In this document: in pieces, positions 29,504 to 38,157 of the stretch
Numbering within the stretch: the first letter of the stretch is position 1
Layout of the letters: every line of letters starts with the position of its first letter
IMG/VR virus record: IMGVR_UViG_2773857985_000001
Coordinates: 1 to 64,000 of that record
From: a virus
Taxonomy: Duplodnaviria; Caudoviricetes
Length of the DNA: 64,000 nucleotides
Direction: 5' to 3' (one strand)
Position numbers and translations under genes: made by a program
The notes under the pieces: model-generated
The model's input: the letters and a program-made list of their open reading frames with translations, nothing else
What the model was told of the DNA's origin: nothing
Databases searched by the model: none

Positions 29504-29728
29504 TCACTCCTTCTGCGGCGCGGGCTCCTCTGGTTCGTCTACCCGTTCGATGCGGCGGACTTGTGTGGCGGGGATGGCGATGGCGACCCGGTTCGACTGG
29601 ATGAGGTCCCGGTCTTTGAAGAGGGCCCAGCCGTCGACGAACTCGACGGTGAGGTTGGGATCTTCGATGAGGGTGTCGTCGCCGTGCCGTTCGGAGTGGA
29701 TGACGAGGTAGGCGGGCACGCTGCTCAC
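29504..29728 (-). CDS. Hypothetical protein
   Basis: Operon coupling and codon bias. Confidence 0.65.
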   Translation of the reverse strand: MSSVPAYLVIHSERHGDDTLIEDPNLTVEFVDGWALFKDRDLIQSNRVAIAIPATQVRRIERVDEPEEPAPQKE

Positions 29729-30018
29729 CTCATCCCGGGGTGCGGTTCGTCTGGCCGTCGTCGTCCGGGCCGAGGGTTGGCGCGCTGGGCGGCGTTGCCT
29801 TCACGTGACGACTTCTGATCATGGCAGGGGCCGCAGACGCCTTGTAGATCCTCGGGCCCGTTCCTGTCGGCCTTGGCCTCGATGTGATCGCAGAACCGAC
29901 TGGGTCGGACCCCACACAGGACGCAGACCCGATCCCGTTCCAGGATCCGTGCGCGGATCTTGTCCCATCCGCGGGGCAGCCGGCTCTTGCGGTCCGACCC
30001 TTCCCACCCGCCGCTCAT
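29725..30018 (-). CDS. HNH endonuclease, terminase-associated (HK97 gp74-like)
   Basis: RDRVCVLC..CDHI..LQGVCGPCHDQKS; lies upstream of TerS. Confidence 0.9.
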   Translation of the reverse strand: MSGGWEGSDRKSRLPRGWDKIRARILERDRVCVLCGVRPSRFCDHIEAKADRNGPEDLQGVCGPCHDQKSSREGNAAQRANPRPGRRRPDEPHPGMR

Positions 30019-30377
30019 TGCGGCTGGCGGCAGTCGTCGATGTGCTGCTTGCCGAGGGTTTGGAAGGCGAGGCTGCAGCACCAGTCGCGCCGGGGCTTGG
30101 CGCTCACCGGGTCTCCGTTGAGTTCGACGACGAGTTCCTGCTTGGTGGCGGGCGCGGCGAGGTATCCGCTGGTGTCGTTGGCGGGGATGTCGATGGTGTC
30201 TTCGAAGACGAGGACGGCGCGGGCGCCGGTGCGCGCGGCGAGGTAGTCGTCCATCAGGTCGCGTCGGAGGGCTTCGAATCCGTCCCCGTTGGCGGGCACC
30301 TGGTCGACGACGAGCAGGAACGGCGGCCGGTCGTCGCTGCTGCCTTCGGGGAGTTCGAGGATCTGCAGGCGGGCCAT
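30015..30377 (-). CDS. Hypothetical protein
   Basis: Operon coupling. Confidence 0.7.
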   Translation of the reverse strand: MARLQILELPEGSSDDRPPFLLVVDQVPANGDGFEALRRDLMDDYLAARTGARAVLVFEDTIDIPANDTSGYLAAPATKQELVVELNGDPVSAKPRRDWCCSLAFQTLGKQHIDDCRQPQ

Positions 30378-30565
30378 CAGTCGGTCACCGCCTGGGGCTC
30401 GTCGACGAGGACGATGCTGAGGACGTTGCCGCTGGGGACGTAGGCGACCACGCGGCCGTTGGCGTCGTGGAAGCGGTAGTCGTCTCCGTCGATGCTCTTG
30501 TCGACCTTGGCGGCGTGGACGATCTCTTCGTCGCCAGTCATGTAGTTGATCGTGTACTGGGCCAT
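30377..30565 (-). CDS. Hypothetical protein
   Basis: AGGAGCCCGCGCC SD motif before the start. Confidence 0.7.
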   Translation of the reverse strand: MAQYTINYMTGDEEIVHAAKVDKSIDGDDYRFHDANGRVVAYVPSGNVLSIVLVDEPQAVTD

Positions 30566-30590
30566 GGCGCGGGCTCCTGCGGGGTGGTGG

Positions 30591-30947
30591 TCAGGTGAAG
30601 TCGTTGGTGCTGAACTCGTGTCCGTCGCTGACGAACCAGCCGTGATCGGCGCGGAATACCCCGAGGTCGGGCTGGGGTTCCATGTGGCTTCGCAGTTGTT
30701 GCCGGTCGTGGATGAGGCGGAGCAGGTCGGCGAGGCTGTGGGCGCTGCCGTACTCGTCAGTGATCACGCCGCTCATGGCGAGCTTCATCCACTCGGTGAA
30801 CCCGTTGAGGGGGCCCCAGTCGGGTTGGGCTTGGAAGCTGAACCGCCAGCCTGCCGACGCCTTGCCGAGGTGGATGTGTTCGCTGGCGGAGCAGTGTTCG
30901 CAGGCGGTGGGGCAGGGCTCGGTTTGGACGTAGTAGTTGGTACCCAT
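30591..30947 (-). CDS. Hypothetical phage protein
   Basis: MGTNYY..HLGK.SAGW.F motif; SD motif. Confidence 0.75.
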   Translation of the reverse strand: MGTNYYVQTEPCPTACEHCSASEHIHLGKASAGWRFSFQAQPDWGPLNGFTEWMKLAMSGVITDEYGSAHSLADLLRLIHDRQQLRSHMEPQPDLGVFRADHGWFVSDGHEFSTNDFT

Positions 30948-30968
30948 TCGGCGCGGGCTCCTGTGGGG

Positions 30969-31556
30969 TCAGGGTTTCCAGCGGGGTCCGCGTAGTGCGG
31001 CGGGCACGTCGCTGGTGGTGATGGGTTTGATGCCGAGGACGTGGGCGAGGCCTCTGATTCCGGTCTGTGCGGGCGCGGTCTGCATGCGGGTGCAGGGTTC
31101 GCTGGGCTGCGGCCGGTCGAGTCCGGTGAGGGTCTCGTAGGTGAGCCCGTGGGCGTGGGCTAGGTCGAGGAGTTCGGGGCAGTCGTTGAGGTTGTCGATG
31201 TTGGGGAGTCCCCAGTCGTCCAGCCCGCAGCCTTCGCAGGCTGCCGCGTAGGTGACGCTGTCTGCCTGCCCGGGGTCGAGCCGGTGCCGGGCGAGGATGC
31301 GCCGGTCGGCTTCGCAGCGGCGCAGGATGGCGGCCACGGCCTGCACGGGCGCGGGCGTGTCGTCGCGAGCTTCGACGCCGTACTGGGCGACGTTGAGCTG
31401 CATGCCGTCGGGGGTCTGGGTGACGCTGGTGACGATGCCGGTGATGGCGGGCCCGCCACTGTGGGGTTCGAAGACGACGCGGCGGCACTCCAGCTCCGCC
31501 TGGGCGGCGGCTTCCACGGTGTCGACTTGCTGGGTGATCCAGGCGTAGAGATCCAT
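30969..31556 (-). CDS. DUF6221-like protein
   Basis: AILRRCEADRRILARH motif. Confidence 0.65.
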   Translation of the reverse strand: MDLYAWITQQVDTVEAAAQAELECRRVVFEPHSGGPAITGIVTSVTQTPDGMQLNVAQYGVEARDDTPAPVQAVAAILRRCEADRRILARHRLDPGQADSVTYAAACEGCGLDDWGLPNIDNLNDCPELLDLAHAHGLTYETLTGLDRPQPSEPCTRMQTAPAQTGIRGLAHVLGIKPITTSDVPAALRGPRWKP

Positions 31557-31587
31557 GGCGCGGGCTCCGGGTGGGGTCAAAGATCGG

Positions 31588-31770
31588 TCAGTTCCGGCGC
31601 CGATCGGCTTCGGTCAGCAGGTGGTTGCCGACGATGGCTAGCGCCATGAGGAACACGGCGATCCCGGTGCCGACGGCGAGTTCGGCGAGTTGATCGGCAA
31701 GGCCAGCGAGGAGTACGAGCGTGAGCGGGATCAGTGCGAGCACGCACCACCCGGCGAAGCGGCGGATCAC
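31588..31770 (-). CDS. Small two-TM membrane protein
   Basis: Hydrophobic; GTGA coupling. Confidence 0.6.
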   Translation of the reverse strand: MIRRFAGWCVLALIPLTLVLLAGLADQLAELAVGTGIAVFLMALAIVGNHLLTEADRRRN

Positions 31771-32045
31771 GACGTCGCCTCCGCTCCGGCCTCGTCCTTC
31801 GGTGTCCCGAAGAAGGCGTCCATGAGGTCGCCCCACGTCTCGGCGGCTTTGTCGGCGATCTGCTGGCCGCTGGCCTTCTTCACGTAGCAGCTGATCGCTT
31901 CGGCCTGCTGGCGGACTTCGGGCGGGACGGCGTGCAGGACACCGTTCAGGCAGGTGTCGCTGTTGCCGTGCAGCTCTTCGTGCTGCTGCATGGCGATGAT
32001 CAGATTCCATGCCCAGAGGGGCAGGTCAGGGACAGGGGAAGCCAT
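31767..32045 (-). CDS. Hypothetical protein
   Basis: SD and coupling. Confidence 0.65.
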   Translation of the reverse strand: MASPVPDLPLWAWNLIIAMQQHEELHGNSDTCLNGVLHAVPPEVRQQAEAISCYVKKASGQQIADKAAETWGDLMDAFFGTPKDEAGAEATS

Positions 32046-32066
32046 GAGCGCGGGCCTTCCGTGGGG

Positions 32067-32948
32067 TCAGACGTTGACGGCCCGTCGCACGCCTTCTTCC
32101 AGCGTGATCGTGGGCGTGTAGTGGTCGAGCATCCGGGAGGGGTCGGATACGCGGTGGTGGACGCCTTGCGGGGCGTCGTGCCGGTGCTTGAGCGCCGGCC
32201 GGTAGCCCGCTTCGGCGCACATGATCCGGGCGAGGTCGTTGAAGCTGGTCGCCCTGCCCCAGCCGAGGTTGACGGGGCCGGTGACGTCGGCGTCGAGGAG
32301 GGCGAGGGTGGCGCCGACAAGGTCATCCACGTGGATCCAGTCGCGGGTGGAGTCGCCGGAACCCCAGATCTCGAACGGGTCCTGATGCTCGCGGGCCCGC
32401 CGGGCGAACGCCGGAAACGGGTAGCAGTTGTCCTGATCCTCGCCGTACCCGGAGAACGGGCGCGGCACGAGGATGCGGCAGCCCTCCGTCTCCGCATACC
32501 TGACGAGCTTCTCCCCGGTCAGCTTCGCCCAGCCGTAGGTGGCGTCGGGCTGCTCAGGCCGGTCCAGGTCGATGTCCTCTTCGTACAGCTTCCGCACGTC
32601 GCCGGGCTGCTGAAGCTCCACCGGGTAAGCGGCGCTGCTGGAGAAGTAGACGGCTCGCGGGGTGCCGGTGCGGACCAGCCACCGCATGTACCAGGAGTCC
32701 AACGCCAGGTTGGTGGCGACACCGAGCGGAGAGCCGTCGATGGACGCCCGGCCGCCGACGATCGCCGCACAGTGGATCGCGAGATCCATGTGGGTGTCGT
32801 CATAGCGGAAGAAGTCCAACGCATCCCCCGACTCCACGCCCGGCGTGGGCCGCAGGTCGAGGGCGAACACGTCATCGCCACGAGCTGCCAGCGCCTGGTG
32901 CAGGTGGCGACCGACGAAACCGGACGCGCCGGTCAGCAGGACTCGCAA
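32067..32948 (-). CDS. NAD-dependent nucleotide-sugar epimerase/dehydratase (extended SDR)
   Basis: TGASGFVG, FSSSAAY, YGWAK, RPFSGYG, RDWIHVDD motifs. Confidence 0.93.
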   Translation of the reverse strand: MRVLLTGASGFVGRHLHQALAARGDDVFALDLRPTPGVESGDALDFFRYDDTHMDLAIHCAAIVGGRASIDGSPLGVATNLALDSWYMRWLVRTGTPRAVYFSSSAAYPVELQQPGDVRKLYEEDIDLDRPEQPDATYGWAKLTGEKLVRYAETEGCRILVPRPFSGYGEDQDNCYPFPAFARRAREHQDPFEIWGSGDSTRDWIHVDDLVGATLALLDADVTGPVNLGWGRATSFNDLARIMCAEAGYRPALKHRHDAPQGVHHRVSDPSRMLDHYTPTITLEEGVRRAVNV

Positions 32949-32951
32949 GGC

Positions 32952-33197
32952 TCAGTCCAGATCGCCGTAGGTGGAGGGATCCTCAGCGCGCGAGAGCCGC
33001 CGGAAGGCTTCCCTGGCGTCAGCCAGCGAGGACCACGTCCCGGCGAGCTTGACGTAGTCCTCGGATGTCGTGGTGGTCTCGTCCGCCAGCAGTGCGTAGA
33101 GGCGGATGGTGCCGCCGCCTTCGTCGTTCGCCGTGACCTTGAAGAAGTGGTCGAGGTTGATGTAGTTGCCGGTCTCGTCCTCAGCCCACAGCGCCAT
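32952..33197 (-). CDS. Hypothetical protein
   Basis: AAGGAG SD; YINLDH motif. Confidence 0.6.
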   Translation of the reverse strand: MALWAEDETGNYINLDHFFKVTANDEGGGTIRLYALLADETTTTSEDYVKLAGTWSSLADAREAFRRLSRAEDPSTYGDLD

Positions 33198-33768
33198 GGC
33201 GTCGGCTCCTTCCCACGATGATCTGCGACCAGTCCAGGCCGAGGTGTGTAGTGATCTCGAAGTACGGTTCGATGAGGGTCCGGTAACCGTCTTCGTCCCA
33301 TGCCCAGGCGTGGCAGTCGCCATGATGGGCGGCCGTCTCGTGCCGGGGCGACGAGGCAACGATCCACTTCGCGTTGCGGGCGACCCACTTGACGGTGCCG
33401 TGCGGATCGGTGAGATGCTCCAGCACCTCGGTTAGCACGGCGAGTTCACCCCACCGGGGAACGTCGCGGGCGTTGAACACGTCACGCCGTTCGGCGGTGA
33501 CGCCTCGCTCCGCCCAGGCGGCTTCGTTGCTGGGCTGGAAGTCGTAGCCCCAGGACGGAATGTCCTTGATGAGGCTGAGGAGTCCTCCGTCACCGCAGCC
33601 GAGGTCGACGACGGAGGCGGGCGCGATACCTCGAATGAGCCGGGCGCATCGCTTGAGGCGGGCTCGGTGGTCGGGCTGCTCGAGGTGGGGCGCACGTTCG
33701 CGGCCGCGGTGGAAGTCGAGGGTGGCCACATACGGGGTGTCGCCGTCGAACAGTTTCCATTCGGTCAC
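33181..33768 (-). CDS. Class I SAM-dependent methyltransferase
   Basis: VVDLGCGDGG, TEVLEHL.DP motifs. Confidence 0.88.
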   Translation of the reverse strand: MTEWKLFDGDTPYVATLDFHRGRERAPHLEQPDHRARLKRCARLIRGIAPASVVDLGCGDGGLLSLIKDIPSWGYDFQPSNEAAWAERGVTAERRDVFNARDVPRWGELAVLTEVLEHLTDPHGTVKWVARNAKWIVASSPRHETAAHHGDCHAWAWDEDGYRTLIEPYFEITTHLGLDWSQIIVGRSRRHGAVG

Positions 33769-34364
33769 GACGCCACCTTCACGGCCCGGTAGACGCCCCA
33801 CGGCAGCCCGCTGTCGACGGCCTCCAGTCCGATCTCGGCGCACGCGTCGGCCTGCTGCTGCCGGGACCAGGTGGTGACGCCGATCCACGAGTCGGCTTCG
33901 GCCGGCTGGCCGGAGACAGGCCAGTCGAGGATCAGGATGCCGCCGAGCTTGGTCGCCGCGCGAAGCCGGCTGATGATGTGCAGGCAGTCCGTGTAGCTGT
34001 GGTGGATGAGGACGGCCAGCGCGTACACGGCGTCCATGCGGCGGCGGCCGAGGTGCGAGGCCATACCGTCGGCGTCCGCTTGCACGGTGGTGACGTCCGG
34101 GGTGCGTTCAGTGATCCGGTCGAGCATCCGTTGTGACGAGTCGACAGCCGTGACCTCGTAGCCGAGTGCGGCCATCGGGATGGCGACCCGCCCATCACCG
34201 CAGCCGAAGTCCATGACCTTCGCCCCGTCGGGGACGACGCCGGCGAGCATGTCGGCCTGCACCTTCCCGGACTCCCAGTACGCCTCTTCGGAGACCTGCC
34301 GCAGCGGGTGGATCGCGGTCGGGTCGGCTCGGTCCCACGCTTGGATGACGGCTTCGGCGGTCAC
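33765..34364 (-). CDS. Class I SAM-dependent methyltransferase
   Basis: VMDFGCGDGR, VDSS..ML, AVLIH, K.GG motifs. Confidence 0.88.
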   Translation of the reverse strand: MTAEAVIQAWDRADPTAIHPLRQVSEEAYWESGKVQADMLAGVVPDGAKVMDFGCGDGRVAIPMAALGYEVTAVDSSQRMLDRITERTPDVTTVQADADGMASHLGRRRMDAVYALAVLIHHSYTDCLHIISRLRAATKLGGILILDWPVSGQPAEADSWIGVTTWSRQQQADACAEIGLEAVDSGLPWGVYRAVKVAS

Positions 34365-35071
34365 GATGCCTCCTCGACGAGCTTCCGCAGCTTGGCCAGG
34401 TCGGCTTCCAACCCGCCGGCATCGCGGTACTCGTAGTAGGCGGCCGTGTCGGCGGACACCTGCTGCTCGCTGTTGCACTCCTCGTACACGGCATCCAGCT
34501 CGGCCTTCGACGCGGCCGGGTGCAGGTGCTCGATCACCATGTCGTCGAGGTAGGTGATCCGCTGCATGCCACGGCCCCATTCGACCCACACCAGGTCTAC
34601 ACAGAGATGCACCATGGCCGGGGGCGCCATGTAGCCAAGGGCGGTGACGATGTCGCTGGTCATGGCGACGGCGGTGGCCATCTTCTCGCCCTGCAGCAGG
34701 TCGTTGCCGTAGACGATGCCGGGCCCACCGGACAGGCACTCCCGGATGCGGGCATCCCACGGCATCGCCGCCGGGCGCGGGCGGTGGTCGTCGCCCATGA
34801 ACGCCAGGAACCGGTAGGAGCCGGCTGCCTTCACGGCCTGCTGGTTGAGGGTGCCGACGAGGCGCCGCCGCTTGCTGAACGTGAACCGCGCCCGCCCGTC
34901 CGCCTTGTAGGCGGCAGCCTGCTTCTTGTACGCGGCCAGCTCGGGGTCGTCGGTGTCGACGGCGAACAGGACGTGCGCGGTAGCGCCGGTCTCGTCCCAC
35001 GCGGCCATGATCTCGGGCACGGTGTGGGGTCGGCCTCGGGTCGGGATGATGACGAGCAGGTCGTCGGCCAT
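34361..35071 (-). CDS. GT-A glycosyltransferase (GT2-like)
   Basis: VIIPTRGRP, VDTDD, FMGDDH (DxD-like), HLCVD, IEHLH motifs. Confidence 0.85.
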   Translation of the reverse strand: MADDLLVIIPTRGRPHTVPEIMAAWDETGATAHVLFAVDTDDPELAAYKKQAAAYKADGRARFTFSKRRRLVGTLNQQAVKAAGSYRFLAFMGDDHRPRPAAMPWDARIRECLSGGPGIVYGNDLLQGEKMATAVAMTSDIVTALGYMAPPAMVHLCVDLVWVEWGRGMQRITYLDDMVIEHLHPAASKAELDAVYEECNSEQQVSADTAAYYEYRDAGGLEADLAKLRKLVEEAS

Positions 35072-35085
35072 GGCGCGGGCGCTTC

Positions 35086-35385
35086 CTAGTAGACGGTGAG
35101 TGTTCCGGCCCGGTAGACCGGGGTTTCGAGCCCGGCAGCCCAGGTGAGCCACACCCGGTACTCGCCCGGGTCCAGGCTCGTGACCCCGCCGTTGGGGCCG
35201 AGCAGGATGCGGGCGTGCGGGCTGGCCCACTCCCCCGTCCACCAGTCCTCGGCGGCCGGGTTGCCTGCGGCCGAGGTGGGCTGGAACGCGAACTGCGGCG
35301 GCGCGGCGGGGCTGATCGTGCTGCCGCCGGCGGCGCTGACGGCGGTGACCCGCACGTATTCGGTGCTCGATGCGGCTATCTCCAC
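35086..35385 (-). CDS. Small beta-rich protein, putative virion accessory
   Basis: STEYV, ARILLGP, GEYRVW..ETPV; Ig/BppU-like pattern. Confidence 0.6.
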   Translation of the reverse strand: MEIAASSTEYVRVTAVSAAGGSTISPAAPPQFAFQPTSAAGNPAAEDWWTGEWASPHARILLGPNGGVTSLDPGEYRVWLTWAAGLETPVYRAGTLTVY

Positions 35386-36212
35386 GGCGCGCTCACCACC
35401 CATCCGCTGTGTGGCCGTCCGAGCTGGAAGTCGATGTCGTTGCGGTCGGTGCCGCCAGCGGTGGCGGTGGCGTCTGTATCGAGGCTGCCGGCGCCGGTGG
35501 CGTGGTAGATGGCGGAGGAGTTGGCGGTCACGTCGGTGTCGGCGCTGCCCGCTCCGGTTCCGGTGGCTGCCCGCCCGGGTGTGGCGGTGGCTGTGGTGGT
35601 CATGGTGCCGGTGCCGGTGGCGGTTACGACGGCGCCGTCGGCGAGGGTGTTGACGTTGTCGTAGGCGGCGTGGTCGGTGGTTCCGGCGTCGCGGTAGGCG
35701 TACAGGTCAACAGCGCACGTGTCGACGGCTGCGGTGATCCAGGCAGGGGTGGCGAGCGTCCGGCGGTTGGTCCACGTGCTGCCGTTCGTGCTGGTGTCCC
35801 AGTACACGTTGGTGCCGTCTTCACGGAGCCGCAGCCACAGATGATCCGTCGCCGAATAGGTGAGCTCGACAGCCGCAGCGTCGTAGTAGTCGACGTTCGA
35901 CTGCAACCTGAGCTTGCTGGTGACCGCGTTGTACTTGAAGCCGATGCTCGTGCCCTCAACAGCCGAAGTGATCAAGAAGTTTGCGGACACGTCCGTGCCC
36001 GTCGACGCTGCGGGCCGGGTGACCAGCTTCAGGTAGATGGAGGCGCCGGCGAGGGTCCAGGCCCGCCCCGTCTGGTAGCCGGCATAGACGCCAGCAGCGC
36101 AGGGAACGCGGGCTTGGCCGCCGGTCTCGGTCGCGCCGCCGTAGGAGTTGCCCCAGTTGGCGCCGATGACGCCGTCGTTGAAGGTGTCGACGAGGGTGGT
36201 GAGGAGCGCCAT
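35376..36212 (-). CDS. Putative virion fibre protein (beta-sandwich/lectin-like domain plus Thr/Ala/Gly-rich stalk)
   Basis: WLRLREDG.NVYWDTS.NGSTWT motif; T/A/G-rich C-terminus. Confidence 0.65.
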   Translation of the reverse strand: MALLTTLVDTFNDGVIGANWGNSYGGATETGGQARVPCAAGVYAGYQTGRAWTLAGASIYLKLVTRPAASTGTDVSANFLITSAVEGTSIGFKYNAVTSKLRLQSNVDYYDAAAVELTYSATDHLWLRLREDGTNVYWDTSTNGSTWTNRRTLATPAWITAAVDTCAVDLYAYRDAGTTDHAAYDNVNTLADGAVVTATGTGTMTTTATATPGRAATGTGAGSADTDVTANSSAIYHATGAGSLDTDATATAGGTDRNDIDFQLGRPHSGWVVSAPWR

Positions 36213-36222
36213 CAGGGTCTCC

Positions 36223-36606
36223 TCACGACGCGGAGAACGTCCACGCCCCGGCGGCGACCTTGAACTCGTCGCCGGCGGCGACGGTCTTGGAAGCGTCGAA
36301 CGGGCCGTAGGACCAGCGGACCGGGCTCCCGGCCGAGTCCCAGATTTCCCAGCCGACGACCGTGCAGGCGGGCATGCCGGTGAAGATCAGGTCCGCACTG
36401 TTGGAGACGGCGCCGTTGACGGCGGCAGCCACGGAGATGTTCTTGCGGGCGTAGGAACCGCCGGTGACCTCGGTACCTGCGGCGGAGTCGCTGCCTGCCG
36501 CGGTGACCAGCGCCATCTTCAGGGGAACGACGGGCCCTTCCACGTCTACCCCAAACAGCCAGTCGACGGTGCGGTTCTCGGCCGTGTTCGAAAGGTTGTC
36601 TGCGAT
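36223..36606 (-). CDS. Putative virion structural protein (fibre-base-like); apparent ATC start
   Basis: GTEVTGGSYAR, KTVAAGD motifs; AGGAGG SD precedes ATC GCA GAC AAC. Confidence 0.7.
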   Translation of the reverse strand: MADNLSNTAENRTVDWLFGVDVEGPVVPLKMALVTAAGSDSAAGTEVTGGSYARKNISVAAAVNGAVSNSADLIFTGMPACTVVGWEIWDSAGSPVRWSYGPFDASKTVAAGDEFKVAAGAWTFSAS

Positions 36607-36643
36607 GGCGACTGCCCTCCTCGGGCGGGGGCGCCGCGCGGCG

Positions 36644-36796
36644 CGTGGTTGGGGTGCCCCGCCGCCTGGACGGGGGGCATCGGGCGGCGGGACGTGGTTG
36701 TTGTCCGCCCGGCCACCCCACGTGGACCGGGCGGACGTGGTGGGCCGAGCGCAGGGGCGCTGCAAGGCCCAACCCTGCGGGAGCCGTCACGCAGGG
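36644..36796 (-). ncRNA. Candidate structured RNA: four tandem hairpins with ACCACG linkers
   Basis: Stems at 36773-36796, 36742-36770, 36703-36736 and 36658-36691. Confidence 0.35.
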
Positions 36797-36800
36797 AGCA

Positions 36801-37082
36801 TCAGGCGGCGTGGGCGTGGGGGCCGCGACTGTTGGCGGCGGGGTCGGCGGGCCGGTGTTTGGCGCCGCCTTCTGCTGCTCGTCGGATGGTGGGGAGGTGG
36901 AAGTACTGGCCTGCTTCGCCGTCGAGGATGGGTTCGATCTTGCCTCGGGTGACCCATACGCGGATGGTTCCGGGCTTCACCTCGGCAACCTTGGCGGCTT
37001 CCCAGAGATCACCGATGTCGTCGTTGCCTTCGACCTGCGCGAAGTGGATCTCGTCCAGCGGCGGGTTGGGGTAGGCGACCAC
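36801..37082 (-). CDS. MerR-like HTH protein
   Basis: EAAKVAEVKPGTIRVWVTRGKI; GGAGG SD before GTG. Confidence 0.75.
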   Translation of the reverse strand: MVAYPNPPLDEIHFAQVEGNDDIGDLWEAAKVAEVKPGTIRVWVTRGKIEPILDGEAGQYFHLPTIRRAAEGGAKHRPADPAANSRGPHAHAA

Positions 37083-37105
37083 AACACCTCCCCCGGATAC
37101 GAGAA

Positions 37106-37136
37106 GGCCCCCGCCGGGGTGTTCACGGCGGGGGCT
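37106..37136 (-). terminator. Hairpin terminator just downstream of a probable late promoter
   Basis: gcccccgccg / cggcgggggc stem followed by CTTCTCGT on the minus strand; TTGACG near 37201-37206. Confidence 0.55.
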
Positions 37137-37250
37137 CCAGAAGCGTGTGGTGACTCGTGTTCCACGATCAAGGATCACGATTACAGATCCCAAGACTGTC
37201 CGTCAAGTACCGGCCACGTCCAGGCGGGATCGTGTCTGTCCATGGCAACG

Positions 37251-37697
37251 CTACGGCGTCCACGCCTGACCCTTGTGCTCGAGATGCCCGGCAAACGGCT
37301 GGGCGAGGCGGCACAGGGTCTCTTCCGCCGCGCCGAGTCCGCCGTAGTGGTCGACTTCGGTGTCCCCTTCGGCGGCGTCGAGTGTCCGGTCCATGAGGTC
37401 GACGATGCCGAGCTTGGCGTCCAGGTCGGCGAGTACGGCGTCTGGGTCGTGGGTGGCGACGTGGTTGCCGATCTCGGCGTCGATGGTGTCGCCGATATAT
37501 GACCCGGCTTCGGTGACGAGCGGCGTCCACAGCTCGCGGCGGGCGGGTACGTCGTTGGGGAAGGTCTGCACGGCGGCCACGTGGTCGCTGCCTGGCTGGT
37601 AGCGCCAGTCTCCGGTTCCAGCCTGTTCGGCTGCGGCCTCAGCGATGGCCCGCTGTTCGGCGTACCGGGCGCGGAGGAAGTCGGCGATGTCGCTCAC
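37251..37697 (-). CDS. DUF6221-like protein
   Basis: DFLRARY, HVATHDPDAVLADLDAK, LAQPFAGH motifs. Confidence 0.75.
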   Translation of the reverse strand: MSDIADFLRARYAEQRAIAEAAAEQAGTGDWRYQPGSDHVAAVQTFPNDVPARRELWTPLVTEAGSYIGDTIDAEIGNHVATHDPDAVLADLDAKLGIVDLMDRTLDAAEGDTEVDHYGGLGAAEETLCRLAQPFAGHLEHKGQAWTP

Positions 37698-37927
37698 GGT
37701 GTCTCCCGGGTGGCTGCGATGGCGCGGAATTCGAGGGTGTCGGCTTCAACATCGATGGCGGCCCCGGCGGTGTGGAGGTCGCAGTCGGGGTCGTCGGCGA
37801 GGTTCCGGCAGGACGTGGCGATGGCCCGCAGCAGGATCGTGACGGCTTCGCACGGCAGGTACGGCTGCCCGTCGTTGGCGGTCACGATCGGCATGCTGTC
37901 CGCCGCATGCGGCAGCGGGGCAGTCAC
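37694..37927 (-). CDS. Hypothetical protein
   Basis: GTGA coupling. Confidence 0.55.
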   Translation of the reverse strand: MTAPLPHAADSMPIVTANDGQPYLPCEAVTILLRAIATSCRNLADDPDCDLHTAGAAIDVEADTLEFRAIAATRETP

Positions 37928-38157
37928 GGACGAACCTCGTACACCTCGGCCACGGCGCCGTCGTAGTCCCTCACCTCGAACCGATCGGTCGCCACAGCCA
38001 CTCCACCGCCGTACCGGATCAGGGCATCCACGCTGCTTTCGACACCCGCCTGCGGCATGTCGGCACGGTCGTACCAGCGGCCGTTCTCCCGCTCGGGCAG
38101 GAACCCCTCCGGCAGATCGGGCGCGGGACGGATGACGATGTAGTCCGGTTCGTTCAC
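37924..38157 (-). CDS. Hypothetical protein
   Basis: GTGA coupling. Confidence 0.55.
   Translation of the reverse strand: MNEPDYIVIRPAPDLPEGFLPERENGRWYDRADMPQAGVESSVDALIRYGGGVAVATDRFEVRDYDGAVAEVYEVRP

Noticed and set aside
32067-35071. Host secondary-metabolite or polysaccharide cluster
   Set aside because: Embedded in and co-oriented with the phage late operon, shares its SD motif, and has no transport or polymerase genes
36644-36796. tRNA gene in the multi-hairpin gap
   Set aside because: No T-loop (GTTC), D-loop or acceptor-stem/CCA arrangement found
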